Shown piece after piece: positions 26,712 to 32,000 of a stretch of 32,000 nucleotides of DNA. The notes beneath the pieces are model-generated. The model saw only the letters and a list, made by a program, of their open reading frames with translations, searched no databases and was not told the origin of the DNA. A program made the translations under genes and the position numbers. Position 1 is the stretch's first letter. Each line of letters opens with the position of its first letter. Source of the DNA: Opitutales bacterium (lineage in GTDB: Bacteria; Verrucomicrobiota; Verrucomicrobiia; Opitutales; PNEW01); assembly GCA_965219535.1 (NCBI GenBank), contig CBDCNV010000002.1, positions 300,001-332,000 of the forward strand, given 5' to 3'.

Positions 26712-27248
26712 TCAGTAGCTAAAGGCGACGACACACAAAAGCAATCCATAAAGCGCGAAGAGGGAACCAAAACTGTTAACTCGGCGTCGTCGGGCAAAGA
26801 GCCAGTTGAAAAAATCGCGCATGCGGTAGGGGACAACTCCGAGGTAAAGCGCGACGACAATACAGAGGTAAACGAAGCTAACCATAAAAAGACGACTTGT
26901 TGGGTCTTGCATATAAGCGGCTTCAAGAAGCGCGTGCGCGGACATCAAGACGAGTATTACCGCTCCGCGAACCGATAAAAAATCTTTAACGAAGACAAAG
27001 GATAGAAATGCGATTATTAAGAAAAGGATAAATAAATAATTTTTGTAATTACCGAAATCAGCGACTCCCAGTTGAGAGACTTCATAGATGAACCACCCCG
27101 ACCCGAGACCCATCGTTATGCAGGTCACAGGAAATGAGCGCAGGGACGCTTTGGCGAGTTTTTCGAAATTAGCTTTTTCCCACAACAAGAGAACACCTAA
27201 AATCAACAGAATTAATCCCGGCAGTAAAGTGGCTATATATAGAGACAT
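26712..27248 (-). CDS. Hypothetical polytopic membrane protein
   Basis: 178 aa with 5-6 hydrophobic helices and an ATG start. It sits 11 nt after the miaB stop and 3 nt before the gmk start, so it is likely cotranscribed. I recognise no family. Confidence 0.55.
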   Translation of the reverse strand: MSLYIATLLPGLILLILGVLLLWEKANFEKLAKASLRSFPVTCITMGLGSGWFIYEVSQLGVADFGNYKNYLFILFLIIAFLSFVFVKDFLSVRGAVILVLMSAHALLEAAYMQDPTSRLFMVSFVYLCIVVALYLGVVPYRMRDFFNWLFARRRRVNSFGSLFALYGLLLCVVAFSY

Positions 27249-27259
27249 GAAATAGGGAA

Positions 27260-28651
27260 TTAAAGTCCGCTGACGGTGAGTGGCTTATCCGCTTCCATGC
27301 CATTGAGCACAAGCGATCCGTAAAGTGAACTCGTCGAAGCTTTTTCTATCTCGACTGGCACGAGTTCACCCATCAGGCGCGCACTCCCAGGGAAAATCAC
27401 TTTACGGTTGCCGCGAGTACGTCCGCTATACATGCCTTCACCTTTGCGCGCGGGACCTTCAACTAAAACTTCCTGCACGCTCCCCAGGAGCGAACGATTG
27501 CGGTGCAGTGAACTTTGCGCGAGAATGTCTAAAAGGATCTGATTGCGGGATGCTTTAACTTCCTGGGATACCTGGTCGAGTAAAGATGCTGCGGGGGTCC
27601 CGGAACGAATGCTGTACTTAAATATATAGGCCATATCAAAGGCAACATCGATGAAGAGCTTTCGCGTCTCTTCAAAGTCTGCTTCCGTTTCTCCGGGAAA
27701 GCCCACGATAACATCTGTAGAAAAATACATAGTTGGAACCGCGGCGCGTAAATCGGCAACGATCTGTTTATAACGTTCAGCGGTGTAGGGTCGATTCATC
27801 GCGCGCAATATTCGAGTTGACCCACTTTGCACCGGCAAGTGGACGTACTCGCACAGTTTGGGTAATTCACGATACGCTTCGATAAGGTCCTTTTTAAAAC
27901 CACGTGGGTGAGGCGATGTAAAACGAATGCGCTCAATTCCAGTTACACCCTGTATCGCTTCAAGTAATTGGACAAATGGACTTTTCCCCCGCTTAAAAGG
28001 TATTTCACGACGCCCATAACTGGTCACAATTTGTCCGAGCAGTGTAACCTCACGCGTTCCCCGGGAGGCGAGCTCCTCGACTTCGTCGACGATTTCAGCG
28101 ATCGGGCGGCAACGCTCGCGGCCGCGAGTTTTTGGAACAATACAAAAAGTGCAATTCATGTTGCACCCTTGCATAATAGAAACAAATGCACTGACTTGCC
28201 TTTGATCAGGTTCGTGGGAGCGAATGGTGTTTTGCGATCCCTCCTCGTCCTCAAGGTCGACAATGGTCGCTGGTCGTGGCCCCTGTGCCTGGTAGCTGCG
28301 AATGAGGTTATCGAGATGGTCGGGGACGCGATGAAACTTCTGTGTCCCCACCAGTAAATCGAGATCGGGTAACTGATCGAGAATCGCGCTCCCCCGATTC
28401 TGGGCCATGCATCCCATGATCCCAATGATGAAATTGGGATTTCCTTTTTTGTGTTTCAGCAGGTACCCGGTCTTACCTATAGCTTTCTGTTCCGCCTGAT
28501 CACGTACCGCGCAGGTATTGAGCAGGACAACATCTGCGTCATGCTCGCTATCAACGATCGAGTAACCGCGGTGTCGAAGCATCGCCGCGACGGCTTCGGA
28601 ATCGCGATCATTCATCTGGCAACCGTATGTCTTGATATAAACTCGGTTCAT
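27260..28651 (-). CDS. miaB: tRNA-2-methylthio-N6-dimethylallyladenosine synthase
   Basis: N-terminal MNRVYIKTYGCQMNDRDSE (UPF0004 domain), the radical SAM motif GCNMNCTFCIVP and a C-terminal TRAM domain. I start it at the ATG at 28651 rather than the ORF-track ATG at 28723, whose extra 24 aa are not MiaB-like. Confidence 0.93.
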   Translation of the reverse strand: MNRVYIKTYGCQMNDRDSEAVAAMLRHRGYSIVDSEHDADVVLLNTCAVRDQAEQKAIGKTGYLLKHKKGNPNFIIGIMGCMAQNRGSAILDQLPDLDLLVGTQKFHRVPDHLDNLIRSYQAQGPRPATIVDLEDEEGSQNTIRSHEPDQRQVSAFVSIMQGCNMNCTFCIVPKTRGRERCRPIAEIVDEVEELASRGTREVTLLGQIVTSYGRREIPFKRGKSPFVQLLEAIQGVTGIERIRFTSPHPRGFKKDLIEAYRELPKLCEYVHLPVQSGSTRILRAMNRPYTAERYKQIVADLRAAVPTMYFSTDVIVGFPGETEADFEETRKLFIDVAFDMAYIFKYSIRSGTPAASLLDQVSQEVKASRNQILLDILAQSSLHRNRSLLGSVQEVLVEGPARKGEGMYSGRTRGNRKVIFPGSARLMGELVPVEIEKASTSSLYGSLVLNGMEADKPLTVSGL

Positions 28652-28765
28652 GCTGCAAAGGAAATTGATATCATAAATAGTAAGCGACAGGTCAACCGAT
28701 AATTTAACGAGCACAATCGACAAGCATTGAGAAACGGCGTCACAATGGCGGCGATTAAGGGGTGA

Positions 28766-30262
28766 TTAAAATAGTTTTTTCACTTCCGGTTTGGTTACTT
28801 TAGCCATTACATTCTGCGGTAGATGCGGTACTATCTTCAAACGACTGGGGATTTTATATTTAGCTATTCGCTCTCGCGCCCACTGGCGTAAATTATCGAG
28901 TGTTAATACACAGTTGCCCCTCGTGACAATAGCAGCGCAAATTCGTTCGCCCCACTCTTCATCATTGATACCCACAACCGCGCATTCGTCAATTTCAGGA
29001 TGAGAACGCAGAACTTCTTCAATCTCCAAAGCGGAGATTTTATAACCGCCGGATTTAATTATATCGATAGAACTTCTTCCCAGGATACGATAATATCCGT
29101 TCTCAATTACGGCGATATCTCCAGTCCGGAACCAGCCATCGTGAAAAGCCTCCCGGGTCGATTGCGTGTTATCCCAATATTCTTGAAATACATTTTCGCC
29201 CTTAACCTGAATTTCTCCCTCCTTCATATCTTCGGTAATTACCTCCCCGTTGTCATTGACCAGTTGCAACTCGATCCCGGGGAGGGGGGTGCCGACATAT
29301 CCAGGTTTTCTTTCTCCGTGAAGCGGATTGGAGAGCGCCATTCCAATTTCGGTCATCCCATATCTTTCCAAAAGCGTGTGCCCGCCTATCGCTTTCCATT
29401 TTTCCAGAATATTTACCGGTAAGGCAGCGGAACCTGATATCATGAGGCGCATTTTACTACAGGCATTAGACATGGATTCTTTTTCCTCACGCCCGGCTTT
29501 TTCCCAGGAGGCAATGAGTTTTACATAGATTGTCGGCACGGCCATGAAAAGGGTTAGATCGCTTTTGACGAATCTTTCCCAGATCGCATCCGCATTAAAT
29601 CCGGGCATCATTTCGCAACTGGCACCCACCCATAGGGGGCAATATAGAGCATTAATAATACCGTGAATGTGATGAAGCGGTAATGCATGAAGGATACGAT
29701 CATCTTCCCTTATTTCCCAGGATGCAACGAGTGAGGTAATCTGGGCGCTTATGTTTTTATGCGTAGTAACAACCCCTTTGGGTTTACTCGTTGTACCACT
29801 CGTAAACAAAATCATCGCTTTGCGATTTACTTCTATATTGGGGAGAAGTACCTCGGGGACATTGGCTTCGGGATTCGAGTGAATTAATATTAAATTATAT
29901 GCCTCGATGAGGGGGGATAATCTTTCCTCGAACTCCGGGTGAGCAACGATGAATTTAACACCAGCGTTATTAATTGCGTACTCAGTTTCTGATAAAGGGT
30001 GTGATAGACAAAGTGGAACCGCGATACCACCCGCCAGCCAGATTCCCCATTGAGCAGCCACATAGTCCATTCCCGGCGGGGACATAATTGCGACTCTCGC
30101 CTCTGCAAGATCCGCGGTGTCGCGCAGTAAATGTTGGGCAATCTTAGTAGATTGATTTATTACATCACCGTACTTATGAACCCCGCGACGATCAATAATT
30201 GCGACGCGCTCTTGGGTTGTAAGCGCGCGATTAATTAATGGAATGCTGGATGCACGAATCAT
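28766..30262 (-). CDS. AMP-forming acyl-CoA synthetase (ACSF3/MatB-like adenylate-forming enzyme)
   Basis: 498 aa. AMP-binding signature FTSGTTSKPKGVVTTHKN, YGMTE, GWFRTGD and KSGGYKIS. The substrate cannot be assigned from sequence. Confidence 0.85.
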   Translation of the reverse strand: MIRASSIPLINRALTTQERVAIIDRRGVHKYGDVINQSTKIAQHLLRDTADLAEARVAIMSPPGMDYVAAQWGIWLAGGIAVPLCLSHPLSETEYAINNAGVKFIVAHPEFEERLSPLIEAYNLILIHSNPEANVPEVLLPNIEVNRKAMILFTSGTTSKPKGVVTTHKNISAQITSLVASWEIREDDRILHALPLHHIHGIINALYCPLWVGASCEMMPGFNADAIWERFVKSDLTLFMAVPTIYVKLIASWEKAGREEKESMSNACSKMRLMISGSAALPVNILEKWKAIGGHTLLERYGMTEIGMALSNPLHGERKPGYVGTPLPGIELQLVNDNGEVITEDMKEGEIQVKGENVFQEYWDNTQSTREAFHDGWFRTGDIAVIENGYYRILGRSSIDIIKSGGYKISALEIEEVLRSHPEIDECAVVGINDEEWGERICAAIVTRGNCVLTLDNLRQWARERIAKYKIPSRLKIVPHLPQNVMAKVTKPEVKKLF

Positions 30263-30347
30263 CTGATCGTGGAATTGAGATACCCGGGCGCGACCAGCTT
30301 ACATGAAAGTGCAAGGCCGAGTCCCGTGGCCGCATCGGTAACGATTG

Positions 30348-31364
30348 CTACATCCATACTTCTATCTTTTCTTTATTCACGTGTTCTTCGAGAAGCGTGC
30401 TTATTGCGGTGTTCATTTCTTCGATCTCCGTCTGAGAGGGTGATACTACACCGCCGTTGCGTTCATAAGGGAAATAAAGAATATCACTATCCGTGCGCTG
30501 TTTTTTAATGCGCTTCAAATATTCTGCGTTCATGCGAAAAATGCCAATGCTAATATCACGGATTTTTTCTGCCGGAAGTTTTTCAAATGTTCTTTCTACT
30601 AGTTGGCGATAACTCTCTCGCCAATTTGCAATGAGTAAAACGGGGTCAAAACAAAGGCGTACCGACCAACCATCATCAATTGCCTGCGCCGCGGACTCCA
30701 GGCGTCGTTCCAAAGGAGGAGTGTTTATTTCGTAACGCGACACGACCGGTTCAGGTGAGAGAGACCAGGCCAGAACAACCTGGTCATGGGGGACAAGATC
30801 ACTGAGGGCACGGTAATTCGCGCTTTTCGTGCGAATTTCAATGAGCAGATTATCTTTTCTTCTGCTGTATTCTATCCATTCGTGACAGTAAGGGACCAAG
30901 GACTCAAGAGCGAGTAAATCGGTGTCGTAGGAGATTGCGAGGTAGAGGGGTGTAGAGGGATCCAAGCGCTGTTTGATCGCTTTACTAGTTGCTGAAAAGT
31001 ACGCCTCGGTATTAACAAAAACAACAATGTTGGCGGAGGGGTACATGCCTTGAAGGTAACAGTAATCACAATTATAGACACAATTCAGGATGAGCGCATT
31101 GTAATGAAAGTTTGAATACCCAAAATCCTGCGCGTTGTTACTCCCGCGATAAATCAAGTGATCTTTTTTTACTGCGAGAATTAGCTTAATGCTGCGCTTC
31201 TGGATTTGAAAATGCTGCCCGGGTCGGGCAAATACATCTTTGTAGTTATCAATACAAATTCGCTCGGCTTTCGGGAAACGCGACAACAGATGTTCGGTCA
31301 TCGGGAAATTCTCCGCGGCTCTTTCAATGTAGAGATGCGAAAAATTACTGTGACTGTAGTTCAT
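30348..31364 (-). CDS. Spore-photoproduct-lyase-family radical SAM protein (SPL-like)
   Basis: 338 aa. The N-terminus HLYIERAAENFPMTEHLLSRFP...NYKDVF....F..QK and the cluster motif CVYNCDYCYLQG (CxxxCxxC followed by YLQ) parallel B. subtilis SplB (CMGHCHYCYLQT). No sporulation genes are in the window. Confidence 0.75.
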   Translation of the reverse strand: MNYSHSNFSHLYIERAAENFPMTEHLLSRFPKAERICIDNYKDVFARPGQHFQIQKRSIKLILAVKKDHLIYRGSNNAQDFGYSNFHYNALILNCVYNCDYCYLQGMYPSANIVVFVNTEAYFSATSKAIKQRLDPSTPLYLAISYDTDLLALESLVPYCHEWIEYSRRKDNLLIEIRTKSANYRALSDLVPHDQVVLAWSLSPEPVVSRYEINTPPLERRLESAAQAIDDGWSVRLCFDPVLLIANWRESYRQLVERTFEKLPAEKIRDISIGIFRMNAEYLKRIKKQRTDSDILYFPYERNGGVVSPSQTEIEEMNTAISTLLEEHVNKEKIEVWM

Positions 31365-32000
31365 GCGTAATCGTTTTAAAAAGCCGGTTGCGTTCAGCCT
31401 TATTATTAACCGTCTGTTTGCAATAGGGACGCAGGAGATCGAGTCCTTTTTGATGACGGATAATATAACCGGTCGCGTAATCCTGCAACTGGTGACGTTG
31501 CGTGGTGGTCAGCTTTAGCACTTCACAAAGCTGGTTAAGAATTGAAGCGTCATCAGCCGCGATCGGTGTTGGCCGCGAACTTAAATTACTTCCCGAACTG
31601 ATAACCTCCATGAATGCGTCGAGGCAGGTTTCGATCTTTTCTCTAATCATGGGGTTATCCAAATTTATGTCTTCCAAGTGGTCGGATATAAGTTTGAGGC
31701 AGTAAATATTTTCCAGGGGGATAAAGGCGGAGGCGGAAGGGAAAAATCCACTCGCCTCCATATCCACCATATCAGAGGTGACGGTTTCTCTGCCTTTTAG
31801 AACATGGTTATCAAAGGTGGTCAAAGAGGCTTCACGCAGGTTATGTTTGAGAATAATTTCCGGATAGAAATCACGCCTTGTGGCGGCATCGGTTATTTTA
31901 TTTATAAAAACGAGTTCACCTAAGGGACGCTGGGCATCACGGCAACCGCATAACCCAAAATTAATAACAAGCGTATTTTCGGGAGATTCAATATTAGCTA
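31345..32000 (-). CDS. MTA/SAH-nucleosidase-like (PNP_UDP_1 family) protein, N-terminus beyond the window edge, with a C-terminal extension of about 95 aa
   Basis: The ORF track starts it at a TTG (31824), but the frame stays open to the window edge. My manual translation upstream reads ...ENTLVINFGLCGCRDAQRPLGELVFINKITDAATRRDFYPEII.... Together with DMVDMEASGF and CLKLISDHL, this parallels E. coli Pfs blocks (VIINTGSAGG, AVEMEATA, VVRAISD). Its stop overlaps the SPL-like start by 20 nt. Confidence 0.5.
   Translation of the reverse strand, partial: ANIESPENTLVINFGLCGCRDAQRPLGELVFINKITDAATRRDFYPEIILKHNLREASLTTFDNHVLKGRETVTSDMVDMEASGFFPSASAFIPLENIYCLKLISDHLEDINLDNPMIREKIETCLDAFMEVISSGSNLSSRPTPIAADDASILNQLCEVLKLTTTQRHQLQDYATGYIIRHQKGLDLLRPYCKQTVNNKAERNRLFKTITHELQSQ

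Noticed and set aside
28652-28723. 24-aa N-terminal extension of miaB in the ORF track, and a similar 16-aa TTG-initiated extension of moaA at 16732-16779.
   Set aside because: The extensions are not homologous to the conserved N-termini of MiaB or MoaA, and internal ATG codons restore canonical starts.
1-32000. A search for mobile elements, prophage genes, CRISPR repeats, and classical defence genes (nucleases, helicases, methyltransferases).
   Set aside because: Reading both strands, I saw no transposase, integrase or recombinase ORFs, no terminal inverted repeats flanking a block, and no regularly spaced direct repeats. The window looks like core chromosome rather than an island.

Overview
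This is a gene-dense chromosomal window with 31 supportable protein-coding genes. I saw no rRNA, tRNA, CRISPR array, transposase or integrase. All product calls come from reading the ORF translations and recognising motifs from memory; no database search was possible. The protein flavour (DnaN, GspF, enolase) suggests a PVC/Verrucomicrobiota-like bacterium, but that is a guess.

Housekeeping content:
- carB, pyrF, arsC, pssA, dnaN, gnd, ogt, gmk and miaB.
- A near-complete molybdenum-cofactor set: moaA on the minus strand, facing moeA-moaC-(histidine phosphatase)-mobA-moaD-moaE on the plus strand.

Regions worth a second look, none of which can be assigned a function from sequence alone:
1. 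11-5306: a minus-strand run of an MtnK-like kinase overlapping an enolase-family gene, then a DUF62 SAM hydrolase and a UMF1-type MFS transporter. A D-lyxose-isomerase-like cupin is transcribed divergently. The enolase carries substitutions at two classical active-site positions.
2. 22789-25628: an ABC exporter with a cytoplasmic N-terminal extension of about 172 aa, followed by a DUF1854-like protein.
3. 30348-32000: an SPL-family radical SAM gene overlapped by an MTA/SAH-nucleosidase-like gene that is cut by the window edge.
4. 12096-12455: a RelE/ParE-fold ORF with no antitoxin partner, sitting 2 nt upstream of pssA.
5. 11610-12095 and 25629-26087: two unusually long, structured, ORF-poor intergenic regions.
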